Of a DNA stretch of 64,000 nucleotides, positions 25,511 through 34,867 are shown piece by piece; positions within the stretch are counted from its first letter, which is position 1, and each line of letters begins with the position of its first letter. The position numbers and the translations under genes are program-made. The DNA lies in contig CAYGEY010000001.1 in assembly GCA_964349065.1 (NCBI GenBank), positions 4,261 to 68,260 of the forward strand, in the 5' to 3' direction. This stretch comes from an uncultured Candidatus Peribacteria bacterium (GTDB lineage: Bacteria; Patescibacteriota; Gracilibacteria; 1-14-2-50-48-13). Below the pieces are notes generated by a model. The model saw nothing but the letters and a program-made list of their open reading frames with translations. It had not been told where the DNA came from and did not search any database.

Positions 25511-26518
25511 ATGGATATCCAGTCTTTTCTAAACAGCCAATACGCAAATAATTCTATACTTATGTATCTATACGCTCTAGGCGTGTTTATTGTCTTATTT
25601 ATATTTTTACTCATCATACAAAAAAAGAGCGGAAATAAAACACTCATCCAAAAGACCCTGAAAAGACTCCGAATTGAATTCATTTTTGCAATCACTTTGT
25701 ACACCGCTTCAGGACTTCTTGTACTACACAATACCCTCACTTCTGTTATTTTCGTCATATTCGGCATTTGTACTACGAGACAAATAGCAACATATCTATC
25801 ATTTACTATCGCACATTTCGGCGAAAAATACACCAAAGAATCAGGCGGAACCGATGTTACAAAAATTATATCCACAGGACTGAATATCATAATATGGGGA
25901 TTTGCAATTTTGCTTATACTTTCAAATATTGGAGTCAACATTAATAGCCTCATTGCCGGACTCGGGATAGGCGGTATTGCCATTGCCCTCGCAGTACAAA
26001 ATATTTTAGGAGACCTCTTCAGTTTTCTCACAATCCATTTTGATAAACCATTTAAAGAAGGTGATCTTGTAAAAATAGGCGGAACACTAGGTACGGTAAA
26101 AAAAATAGGTATTCGTTCAACCAGAATCAAAGCTGTTTCCGGCGAGGAGATCATAATATCAAACAAGGAAGTTATGTCCGCTCAAATCACTAATTACAAA
26201 CATACCAATACCCGCAAAATTACCTTCACCTTTGGAGTCGATAGCGAAACACCAACTGCCACCCTTCGGGAGATTCCGGAAATGATGAAATTGATCATCA
26301 ATGATATCGCCAATATTACATTTGAGCGATGTCATTTTGTTTCTATGAATGAAAAATCTTGTACATTTGAATCCGTATATGCGGTTTCTCATACCGACTT
26401 TGAAAATTATTTAGATGCCAATCAAGAAATTCTCTTTTCACTTCGCGATAAATGCTCAACAAAAGGAATTACTTTAACTCCACCTACAGAGCATATTTTT
26501 GTTGATAAAATAAAGTAA
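25511..26518 (+). CDS. mechanosensitive ion channel (MscS family)
   Basis: GIGGIAIALAVQNILGDLFSFLTIHFDKPFKEGDLVKIGGTLGTVKKIGIRSTRIK is the canonical MscS TM3/beta-domain. Confidence 0.85.
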   Translation: MDIQSFLNSQYANNSILMYLYALGVFIVLFIFLLIIQKKSGNKTLIQKTLKRLRIEFIFAITLYTASGLLVLHNTLTSVIFVIFGICTTRQIATYLSFTIAHFGEKYTKESGGTDVTKIISTGLNIIIWGFAILLILSNIGVNINSLIAGLGIGGIAIALAVQNILGDLFSFLTIHFDKPFKEGDLVKIGGTLGTVKKIGIRSTRIKAVSGEEIIISNKEVMSAQITNYKHTNTRKITFTFGVDSETPTATLREIPEMMKLIINDIANITFERCHFVSMNEKSCTFESVYAVSHTDFENYLDANQEILFSLRDKCSTKGITLTPPTEHIFVDKIK

Positions 26519-26536
26519 GTTCAGTTGAAGGTAAAC

Positions 26537-27217
26537 TTATCTCTTCACCATCAAATCCTCAATAGAAATCCCAGTCAATTTTGTTAATTTTGAAATCACA
26601 TAATATGCCATCACCATCATAATCAAAAATGATGGTACCACAATCACAGGATACGAAAGTAAAGTCATTCTTCCCAGTTCCTCATTAAATGCTGAGCTTC
26701 CTGTAGGACTGACAACAATCCACTTTGCTAACAAAAAATTAAGAATACTGGAAACAAAAAAACTAAGAGAAAAAATAAGAGTCGCCTTCGTCAACACAGA
26801 GTCAAATTCTATATTTTTTTTATGTTCGTGCAATTTTTTATCTACTGCATCAAAATCAAGGCCACTCTGAAGTAACGACCTGATGACAGGAAACGGGGTC
26901 CAAATTGAAATAAAAATACAAAGTCCTAGTAATCCAGGAATAAGAGCTTCTTTTATTGCTAAATATTCAGAAGGCAATTTCAAAAGCCCAACTCCACCGG
27001 TAAGCAGAATTGAGACAATACCTATGACAGAAAAAAAACTTAATTTTTGAGCCAAAATCATCTCATAGATCCCATAACATAAAGGGAGACTAAGCGCTAA
27101 AATAAGAGCTCCAACCTCAGTCAATGTTCCTGACAATTTTGATAAAATAAGTGATGGTATTACCACATTGATTAATATTCCTAATAACAAATTTTCTCTT
27201 TTCTTCGTATTGTTCAT
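26537..27217 (-). CDS. polytopic membrane protein (VC0807 / septation-protein-A-like family)
   Basis: First ATG at 27217 (MNNTKKRENLLLGILINVVIPSLILSKLS...); multiple TM helices; KEALIPG motif. Confidence 0.5.
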   Translation of the reverse strand: MNNTKKRENLLLGILINVVIPSLILSKLSGTLTEVGALILALSLPLCYGIYEMILAQKLSFFSVIGIVSILLTGGVGLLKLPSEYLAIKEALIPGLLGLCIFISIWTPFPVIRSLLQSGLDFDAVDKKLHEHKKNIEFDSVLTKATLIFSLSFFVSSILNFLLAKWIVVSPTGSSAFNEELGRMTLLSYPVIVVPSFLIMMVMAYYVISKLTKLTGISIEDLMVKR

Positions 27218-27293
27218 TTGATAAGTAATATTTTTCAAAAATAAAATATCACACAATTACCCACCTTGTGAAGCTTGTTTTTATATAAGAAAC

Positions 27294-29105
27294 ATGGTAA
27301 TATACTGCGATTACTTTGACTACTCAATGGAAAATATCTTCCAAGATTTAGGCCTCGTCATAATAACCGCATCTGTACTAGGTGTTTTAGGTTACTTTTT
27401 CAAACAACCTCTCATCCTAATGTTCATCGCGGCAGGAGTTATTCTAGGCCCATCAGTTTCCGGACTTATCCATGATATTCATTTCATAGAAGAAATCTCA
27501 CATTTCGGAGTAATGCTCATGCTTTTTTTGATCGGTCTTGAAATGAGTACATCAAGGCTCAAAGATCTAGGTTTCATTGCACTTGCAGTTGGATTTGGAC
27601 AAGTTGTTTTTACTGCAATTGCAGGATATTTTTCTGCTATTGCATTTGGATTTTCTGGATTACCGGCCATATATATTGCGCTGGCCCTCACATTTTCAAG
27701 TACTGTCATCGCCGTCAAGCTCCTCTCAGAAAAACGTGATATACATTCATTTTACGGACAGATAACCATCGGAATATTGATTGTTCAAGATATTCTTGCA
27801 ATTATTGCACTCCTCACTTTGAGCGGTATCAGTACAGGAAGTTCATCAATTGATATAGCAAAATTTGCTCCACTTTTATTAGGAGGTGCATTTCTTGCTT
27901 TAGTGAGTATGGTATTTGCAAAACATGTTCTTTCGCTGCTTTATGCAAAAATCGCCAGTTCACAAGAACTCCTCATTCTCTTCAGTCTTGCATGGTGTTT
28001 TATTATTGCCATCACAGCTCAATCAATCGGTCTATCTATTGAAATGGGTGCCTTCATTGCAGGTCTCAATTTAGCAAATCTCCCATATACATACGAAATC
28101 AATGCAAAGGCCAAACTTCTTCGAGATTTTTTCATTACCATTTTCTTTGTCGCACTGGGTGCTGGAATGAAGTTTACGGGTATAGAAACCATGATGTTAC
28201 CAATAATTCTTTTCAGCTTATTTATAATTATCGGTAATCCAATAATTGTCATGACTATCATGGGACTCTTTGGATATGATAAACGAAACAGTTTCTTCAC
28301 GGGTATCGCTATTGCAAATGTCTCCGAATTTTCACTCATTTTGCTAACTCAAGGTGTCACCAAAGGCCACATTCCTGAGTCACTTGTCTCAATGCTCACC
28401 ATTATCACCATCATTACTATGGTGTCCTCATCATATTTAATTACGTACAATGCAAAATGTTATGCGTATATCAAAAAATATTTAGATATTTTTGAAAAAA
28501 AGAAAACTGCAAAAACAAAGGCAACAGAGGGTATGAGAAACCATATTATTCTCCTTGGATATGATGACACGGGAAAACAAATTCTAAAACAAATTCAATC
28601 CTTTAAAGACGACTACATCGTTGTTGACCATGACAATAATGCTATTAAGTCGTTGATCGAACAGGATGTACCTTGTGTCTTTGGTGACGTCGAGGATGAA
28701 GATCTCCTAGATGAATTAAGCCTTGAGGACACGGAGATGATTATCTCAACACTACCGAATACTGAAGACAATCATTTTATGTTTAAAAAGATTGCAGAAC
28801 TTCCTGCAAATAAACGGCCAATCGTAATTGCAGTAGCAGACACCGGTAGAAACGGTTTTGAGCTCTTTAATAAGGGGGCTGATTATGTGATCGTAAAATC
28901 ATACCTAGGTGCGACCCAAATGGGTGCTATTAACAAAGTGATATACAATTTACCGGACATCACACAAATCGCTCCGCATAATATTGCGATTGATCCAACC
29001 AAGAACAAATTTGCAAAAGACATAGATTACTCAAGCTTCCTTGAAAACCTCAACGCAATTAGACTACATGAGTTAAAGGATAGATTTGCGAAGAAAAGTA
29101 AATAA
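27294..29105 (+). CDS. cation:proton antiporter (CPA2/Kef-type) with a C-terminal RCK/TrkA-N domain
   Basis: About 12 TM segments followed by HIILLGYDDTGKQILKQI (Rossmann GxGxxG-like). An alternative start at 27327 (MENIFQDLGL...) is plausible. Confidence 0.8.
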   Translation: MVIYCDYFDYSMENIFQDLGLVIITASVLGVLGYFFKQPLILMFIAAGVILGPSVSGLIHDIHFIEEISHFGVMLMLFLIGLEMSTSRLKDLGFIALAVGFGQVVFTAIAGYFSAIAFGFSGLPAIYIALALTFSSTVIAVKLLSEKRDIHSFYGQITIGILIVQDILAIIALLTLSGISTGSSSIDIAKFAPLLLGGAFLALVSMVFAKHVLSLLYAKIASSQELLILFSLAWCFIIAITAQSIGLSIEMGAFIAGLNLANLPYTYEINAKAKLLRDFFITIFFVALGAGMKFTGIETMMLPIILFSLFIIIGNPIIVMTIMGLFGYDKRNSFFTGIAIANVSEFSLILLTQGVTKGHIPESLVSMLTIITIITMVSSSYLITYNAKCYAYIKKYLDIFEKKKTAKTKATEGMRNHIILLGYDDTGKQILKQIQSFKDDYIVVDHDNNAIKSLIEQDVPCVFGDVEDEDLLDELSLEDTEMIISTLPNTEDNHFMFKKIAELPANKRPIVIAVADTGRNGFELFNKGADYVIVKSYLGATQMGAINKVIYNLPDITQIAPHNIAIDPTKNKFAKDIDYSSFLENLNAIRLHELKDRFAKKSK

Positions 29106-29106
29106 T

Positions 29107-29228
29107 AAACTTTAAAAATACATGTATAGTTCTAGGAGACGAGAATTTTACGACGCAACTGTATGTTTTATACAGTGAGAAGTAAAATTTGAAGTCGACA
29201 ACGAAATATACTTTGTATTTTCAAGTTT
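29107..29228 (+). repeat. family-2 structured hairpin repeat, copy F (122 nt)
   Basis: Outer stem AAACTTTAAAAATACATGTATAGTTC / GAAATATACTTTGTATTTTCAAGTTT. Core TCTAGGAGACGAG-AATTTTAC-GACGCA-ACTGTA-tgtttta-TACAGT-GAGAA-GTAAAATT-TGAAGTCGAC. Fills the gap between the stops at 29105 and 29228. Confidence 0.8.
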
Positions 29229-29770
29229 TACTTGCCCTTTAGTTGCTTCTGCATAAGATCTAGTATCCCATCCGTTGACAATCTCTGCTCCATTTCATGG
29301 AGCACTTCGTCATCTTTCGTATCAATCCCAACCTTATTCGCTATGCTATCAAGCAATATCAATATCTTCGTAATTTCCTGCTCAGCTCTAATATTGATCT
29401 GCAGATCCACTTCCTCACGGATTTCTGCAATATCCTCAGCCCTATTCTGACTAATCAATACAAAAACAGAAAGAAAAATAGCTTCAAGAGAAACGATCAT
29501 GGTCAAAAGCCCAAACGGAAACGGATCAAAAGGCACAACACCCGGTATAAGTCCGGTATTCCAAAGCATCCAACCAACAAACCAGAGTGTATTCAAAAAA
29601 AAGAATGCCATACTCCCAAAAAACTTAGTGACACCATCGGCAAATTTATCAACAAAAGTACGCTCTTTATCTAGTCTAGATCGTATAGCCCCGAGTTGCT
29701 CAACTCTTTGTCTGTAGAGAGAAGTATTGGTATCAAGAATAATTGATTGCTTCTTTGTTTGAAATGCCAT
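29228..29770 (-). CDS. DUF1003 family membrane protein
   Basis: FFGSMAFFFLNTLWFVGWMLWN...FDPFPFGLLTMIVSLEAIFLSVFVLISQNR is the characteristic DUF1003 core. Confidence 0.7.
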   Translation of the reverse strand: MAFQTKKQSIILDTNTSLYRQRVEQLGAIRSRLDKERTFVDKFADGVTKFFGSMAFFFLNTLWFVGWMLWNTGLIPGVVPFDPFPFGLLTMIVSLEAIFLSVFVLISQNRAEDIAEIREEVDLQINIRAEQEITKILILLDSIANKVGIDTKDDEVLHEMEQRLSTDGILDLMQKQLKGK

Positions 29771-29797
29771 AAAGATTTATTATTTAATTAAATGTAA

Positions 29798-29885
29798 CTC
29801 TTGGAAAGATAAATGTACCCTAGGATCGACTTTTGCCGTAACGAACGTGAGGCAATGAGAGCCGGGTACTTTATCTTTTCAAGAG
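29798..29885 (+). repeat. family-1 structured hairpin repeat, copy C (88 nt, most diverged)
   Basis: Outer stem CTCTTGGAAAGATAAATGTACCC / GGGTACTTTATCTTTTCAAGAG; core GGATC-GACTT-TTGCC-GTAACGAACGTGA-GGCAA-TGA-GAGCC. Lies between two minus-strand genes. Confidence 0.8.
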
Positions 29886-29894
29886 AAGTTGTAT

Positions 29895-31163
29895 TTATTG
29901 TATAGCCTGATAAATAATTTCCGCCATATGTCCTCTTGTCACCTCATCTTTTGCATTGATACTCATTCGTGATAACAATTTCAACTCATTCGCCTTATCA
30001 ATATATGGCTGATACCATACTTCCACCCCATCATCTACTTTCGCCAAATTCATTACATTAATACTCATTTTTAAAGCTTCTGCGAAGTTTATCGTGTTGT
30101 CCGGATGAAAATTCCCATCCTTATACCCTTTCACAAAATTATTTGCTTTTGCATAACACACATAACCGTTAAACCACGTTCCCCCTGTCACATCGGTAAA
30201 ACAACTCTCGTTTTTACGTTTTTCAATTTCATTACGAGAACTATCACTCGACAGTAATAATATCTTCAGAAACTCTGCACGATTTACCTTAATCCCCGGC
30301 TTATAAGTACCATCTGCATACCCTTGAATTATATTTTTTTCTTTCAGATATTTCAAACTATCTGAATATGCATATGATTTCGGTACATCCATAAAACCGT
30401 AAAACTCATAACGGGAAGCCAAAAATGAAACAATTCCATTCATAATATTTTTGATTTTCTGGTCCGGTAATAATGTATCTGCAACATACATATGAAACGT
30501 TTTTACATACTTCTCTTCAGTGTATTTCGTACCAAGGGTCTTGGTCGCATATGCATTCCATGCTCCACTTTTTCCACTCTCAATAAAATACTTTATTCCT
30601 CCGAATATCCCCTTGGATGAATCATAAAACACCATCTGATAATAGATATCACCTGGAAAACTTTCACCGGACATATGAAAAAACCCAATCCCCTTTTTCT
30701 CTCCGGAAATCTCTATAAAATGAGCATTACTTGAACGCATATCCAAACTACCGTCCGGTAAATATATTTCCCGGCCGTCACTTCCTACTGACGAAAGAGG
30801 ATACCCACCTGAGATAAATTCACCATACGCCCTTAAAATTCCCAACATTTTATCAAGCTCAGGGTATTTAAAAACTAGCTCCTTAATATCTGCAACATCA
30901 TATAAGCGTATCTTCATACTATCTACTGTAAAATTCTTCCCATCCGGCATAAACACATACTTTTTTCCAGAAAGAAGATGACATATATTCGTATCTTGCA
31001 ACAGATCGTCACTATAGAGATGCGGTGAACATTCATACGATGAAGAAACTTTTCCAAAAATATCCAATACTTCAAAGGCCGTAGAATCTTTAAACGAGAC
31101 TATTTCTTTAGCAAAAGTCGTTGGCACGAGAAGAAGCAATAGTACGAGAAGTACTTTTTTCAT
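29895..31163 (-). CDS. SLH-domain surface protein
   Basis: Signal peptide MKKVLLVLLLLLVPTTFA. C-terminal SLH repeats FMDVPKSYAYSDSLKYLKEKNIIQGYADGTYKPGIKVNRAEFLKILL and FTDVTGGTWFNGYVCYAKANNFVKGYKDGNFHPDNTINFAEALKM. Confidence 0.7.
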   Translation of the reverse strand: MKKVLLVLLLLLVPTTFAKEIVSFKDSTAFEVLDIFGKVSSSYECSPHLYSDDLLQDTNICHLLSGKKYVFMPDGKNFTVDSMKIRLYDVADIKELVFKYPELDKMLGILRAYGEFISGGYPLSSVGSDGREIYLPDGSLDMRSSNAHFIEISGEKKGIGFFHMSGESFPGDIYYQMVFYDSSKGIFGGIKYFIESGKSGAWNAYATKTLGTKYTEEKYVKTFHMYVADTLLPDQKIKNIMNGIVSFLASRYEFYGFMDVPKSYAYSDSLKYLKEKNIIQGYADGTYKPGIKVNRAEFLKILLLSSDSSRNEIEKRKNESCFTDVTGGTWFNGYVCYAKANNFVKGYKDGNFHPDNTINFAEALKMSINVMNLAKVDDGVEVWYQPYIDKANELKLLSRMSINAKDEVTRGHMAEIIYQAIQ

Positions 31164-31241
31164 AACAAGTGAGGATAGGTATTTTGATTATAAACGGAAG
31201 GAATTAGGAAGCAATTATATTGAAAGTGTCGATGAACACAA

Positions 31242-32093
31242 TTATTGAGAAGTAATACTTTTCTTTGGGTTATTCATTTGTAAGTAATTTTCCTTAGAAA
31301 TAACACTTCTTTTTATCTCACTTTCTGTTTGCTTTCTAGCATTACCCGCGACTCCTCCACCTCGTTTTGCAACTTTTTTATTTTCATCTATCCCTTTTGG
31401 TTTTTCAAGAAATGAAATTTCAGTAGTAACTTTTTCACCAAGCATCGTAAAAATAAGTTCCAGATCAGTCATATTGTCTCTCAAATTTGCTTTAGATTTT
31501 GTGGGTATATTTTTGTATTTCTTATACTCACTTGGCGTCATTCCAAAAGTCGCTTTAGAAATCTCAGCCGTCAAAATCGAATAATCTTTTTCATGAGTAA
31601 TGCCTCGTTCTTTCCATTCACTTGTTAAATTTTGGTGAATAGCAATTCCTCGCAGACGCTTATCAATCCAATCTTTTGAATAGCCTTTCTGCTCATATAG
31701 TCTTTTCATCCGATCTTGTGCTAATTCTGGATTTTCTATTTCATCTAATCGTTCTTTTCCAACTTCTGCTAACCACATTTTGAAGGGTTCAGCCTTTTTG
31801 CTTGGGATTGATTGAATAAGTCGAAAAGCATTTTTAGTATTTACACAATCAGTAAAGCGTTTTTTTCCATCCGCACTCACTAACTTCAACTGTCCCCAAA
31901 TTGGGGACAGTTGAAGTTCAATAAATTCCCTTTGTTTCAATTTCTCCCAATATTTCCTTGGATGTGGGCTATCCGTTAGTGCCTCAATTATATCCACAAC
32001 AGAATAAAACCATTCTTCATTATGCCAAATTCTACGAATTTCCTTTGATTCAAACAGGGCAAGTTGATTCTGTTTTTTAATCTTTTTAATCAT
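31242..32093 (-). CDS. BRO-N domain / DinD-like (phage antirepressor-like) protein
   Basis: FESKEIRRIWHNEEWFYSVVDIIEALT...FRLIQSIPSKKAEPFKMWLAEVGKERLDEIENPE is typical of Bro-N/DinD-like proteins. Confidence 0.65.
   Translation of the reverse strand: MIKKIKKQNQLALFESKEIRRIWHNEEWFYSVVDIIEALTDSPHPRKYWEKLKQREFIELQLSPIWGQLKLVSADGKKRFTDCVNTKNAFRLIQSIPSKKAEPFKMWLAEVGKERLDEIENPELAQDRMKRLYEQKGYSKDWIDKRLRGIAIHQNLTSEWKERGITHEKDYSILTAEISKATFGMTPSEYKKYKNIPTKSKANLRDNMTDLELIFTMLGEKVTTEISFLEKPKGIDENKKVAKRGGGVAGNARKQTESEIKRSVISKENYLQMNNPKKSITSQ
31882..31918. repeat. 37-nt perfect palindrome inside the BRO-N CDS
   Basis: AACTTCAACTGTCCCCAA-a-TTGGGGACAGTTGAAGTT (18-bp arms) encoding LQLSPIWGQLK. Confidence 0.9.
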
Positions 32094-32261
32094 AGATGAA
32101 AAGTTATTATCTAAATATTCCTAGTCTCATATTAGAATATCCACATCAAATATCATAATCAACTCATTTTTTTCGATTGTGTAAATAAAATATAACAGGA
32201 CAACGATTTCATTGCAGAGAGTTCTTTAATTAATGTATAATAGTGTGAATAAAAAATCATT

Positions 32262-33515
32262 ATGAACAATTTTATCGGAATCATAGGGGACGGAATTATG
32301 GGCAGAGGTATTACTCAGCATCTTGCAGATCAACAAGTATCAGTGTGCCTTTTAGGGCATCATTTAGAAAAAATTGATAAAATAAAATCAATAAACATTC
32401 AAGCTACAACAAACGAAAAAATATTTTTACAATCACTTCCAAAACAAAAGATAATTTTCCTTTTCCTCCCTTGGTCTCCTCGCACAATCACGTACATAAA
32501 AAAACTTTCCAAAAAACTCCAACCAAAAGATATCATTGTTGATTTCGCTAATGCAAAATATGAGGAGTCAGCATTACTACAAAAATATCTCAAAAAGAAT
32601 GAAATAGATTACATTGCATGCGGCATCTCCGGAGGAGAACAAGGCGCTCTGCGTGGCACATCTCTCATGGCGAGCGGAAACAAAATTGCATACAAAAAGG
32701 TTGAACCAATTCTAAATAAACTTTCTGATAAAGATAAAAGTAATAATCCCACCCTTGGCTATTTTGGATCAAACACAGAAGGACATCTCATAAAAACTCT
32801 CCACAACACAATTGAATACACCCTTCTAGATAGCATCGGAAGTATTATACTTTTCCTCAGAAAACAAGGTATGCAAAGCAAAAACATTGCGGAATTATTC
32901 CCAAAGAAACACAGCTATCTCTCAGATCTCACTATTAAAGTTCTAGAGACAACTAAAAACAACACCCCCCTTTGGGAACTCATTGATCCCACATCAGAAT
33001 CCAAAGGAACCGGTATTTGGGGAGTACAAAATTCTATAGATGTCTACAGCCCAGCCATGGGATCCACGGGGGCATTAGCCACAAGATTTGCTTCACAAAA
33101 TAAGAAATATCAAGAAATGACCTACAAAACAACGACATATACTTTCAACCATCTGGAAAAAATACTAGATCAAATATTCTCACTCGCATATGACGAAATC
33201 CTCGACGTTTGTACATCTCTTAAATTAAATACAAAAGAAATTCTTCGAGTTTGGGAAAACGGATGTATTATTAGATGGAACAAACCAATAAAAAATCTCA
33301 AAGAAATCAACGCACTTCGGAAACTCGCTACAGACATGATTAATAACGGTCACCCCTGCCCCGCAATTCTAGGTCTCATAAGCTACTACGACCTAAAAAA
33401 TTCACCAACCCTGCATACAAATTATATTCAAGCGATGCGTGACGCATTCGGTGCTCACACCTACAAACGTATAGGTAAACCAGGCATATTTCATTCTTTA
33501 TGGAATCAATCATGA
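32262..33515 (+). CDS. gnd: 6-phosphogluconate dehydrogenase
   Basis: GIIGDGIMGRG NAD(P) fold; HNTIEY; SKGTGIWG; the C-terminal IQAMRDAFGAHTYKRIGKPGIFHSLW matches the 6PGD C-terminal domain. Confidence 0.8.
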   Translation: MNNFIGIIGDGIMGRGITQHLADQQVSVCLLGHHLEKIDKIKSINIQATTNEKIFLQSLPKQKIIFLFLPWSPRTITYIKKLSKKLQPKDIIVDFANAKYEESALLQKYLKKNEIDYIACGISGGEQGALRGTSLMASGNKIAYKKVEPILNKLSDKDKSNNPTLGYFGSNTEGHLIKTLHNTIEYTLLDSIGSIILFLRKQGMQSKNIAELFPKKHSYLSDLTIKVLETTKNNTPLWELIDPTSESKGTGIWGVQNSIDVYSPAMGSTGALATRFASQNKKYQEMTYKTTTYTFNHLEKILDQIFSLAYDEILDVCTSLKLNTKEILRVWENGCIIRWNKPIKNLKEINALRKLATDMINNGHPCPAILGLISYYDLKNSPTLHTNYIQAMRDAFGAHTYKRIGKPGIFHSLWNQS

Positions 33516-34867
33516 AAACACTCCCCCCATTCTCAAGTATAGTCTTCGGTGCATTCGGTCACTTAGCGGGCAAAAGTATTTACCCTTCTCTATTCAAACT
33601 CGCTGAACTCGGCAGACTCAATGAAGATTTTCAACTTGTCGGTTTTGGAAGAACCAAAAAGAATACTGACGAGTTTCAAGAATACGTCCAAAAAAGTATC
33701 AAACAAATTTATCCAAAAGCCAAAGAAGCAACTATCGAAAAATTTCTCAGTAAATGCAGTTACATCTGCGGCGAATACGACCGACCGGAGGGATTTTTTA
33801 CACTTGATAAAAACCTGGAAAACTCTCCCACATGTACCAAAAAGAAAATATATTATTTTGCTGTACCCTCAAGCACATACAAATCAATAATCAGCAATTT
33901 GGGATCCTCCATGAAATCCACCAATTGCGCTGAGCTCCTTTTCGAAAAACCGTTTGGTCTCTCTGAAGCGGACGCCCGTGATCTGTATTTTTACATATTG
34001 CGGTATTTCACTGAATCCCAAGTGTATATTATAGACCATTACCTCGCCAAATCAGGTGTTATGAACATCTTATTTCTTCGAGAAGCAAATCGTCTCTTGT
34101 CCCACGTACTTCGCGGAAAAGAAATTGCACACATCGAAATCGAATCTTTTGAAAAATCCGGGATCGGCGAACGAGGCGGGTATTTCGACGCTGTCGGTCT
34201 GATCAAAGACATGATCCAATCTCATTTGATGAGCATTTTCGCCCTCGCCACCATGAATGTTCCGATTGAAAAAAGTGCAAAAAGTATTCAGCGAGAAAAA
34301 ATTTCTATCTTAAATGCACTTCGAGTCATGGAGGATGTCAGTCTCAAAACCGGACAATACAAATCATACCTCAATGAAAAAGACGTCCCAAAAACATCTA
34401 CTATAGAAACATTTGCTTCGTTCCGTCTTCATCTTGATTTGGAGGAATGGTGCGATACAGATATCCTCATCACTGCTGGGAAAAATATGAAAGAAGACGT
34501 CTCTCGCATCATATTCACCCTCAAATCCCTCCCATTTGAAAAACAATCCAACCGCGTTATTTTTGAAATAAAACCTGAGCCAAAACTCATTTTGCAAATA
34601 GTTGCAAAAAGCATCCATGGCGAAAAATTTGAAACACGGGACCTGTTTATAGAGACTCCTGTTGCGTGTTATGAGGATGATTGCCTGCCGGAACATACTA
34701 AGATTTTTGAGCATCTTCTGATGAACAATCATTTATATTTCGTAAATATCCACGAAGCTTTTGCATCATGGAAAATTATAGATGAGGTCATGACACATGT
34801 AAAAAAACCGTTTATCTACAAAGACGGAAGCACTCTCAAAGAGATTTATAACAAGCACGGAAGATGA
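33512..34867 (+). CDS. zwf: glucose-6-phosphate dehydrogenase
   Basis: FGAFGHLAGKSIYPSLF and IDHYLAK motifs. The start at 33512 gives an ATGA overlap with the gnd stop; the track alternative is 33500. Confidence 0.85.
   Translation: MKTLPPFSSIVFGAFGHLAGKSIYPSLFKLAELGRLNEDFQLVGFGRTKKNTDEFQEYVQKSIKQIYPKAKEATIEKFLSKCSYICGEYDRPEGFFTLDKNLENSPTCTKKKIYYFAVPSSTYKSIISNLGSSMKSTNCAELLFEKPFGLSEADARDLYFYILRYFTESQVYIIDHYLAKSGVMNILFLREANRLLSHVLRGKEIAHIEIESFEKSGIGERGGYFDAVGLIKDMIQSHLMSIFALATMNVPIEKSAKSIQREKISILNALRVMEDVSLKTGQYKSYLNEKDVPKTSTIETFASFRLHLDLEEWCDTDILITAGKNMKEDVSRIIFTLKSLPFEKQSNRVIFEIKPEPKLILQIVAKSIHGEKFETRDLFIETPVACYEDDCLPEHTKIFEHLLMNNHLYFVNIHEAFASWKIIDEVMTHVKKPFIYKDGSTLKEIYNKHGR

Noticed and set aside
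25504-26166. A 220-aa ORF antisense to the MscS channel gene.
   Set aside because: The MscS frame has unambiguous family motifs. The antisense product is low-complexity (Pro/Ser/Ile-rich) with no start context, so it is a typical shadow ORF.
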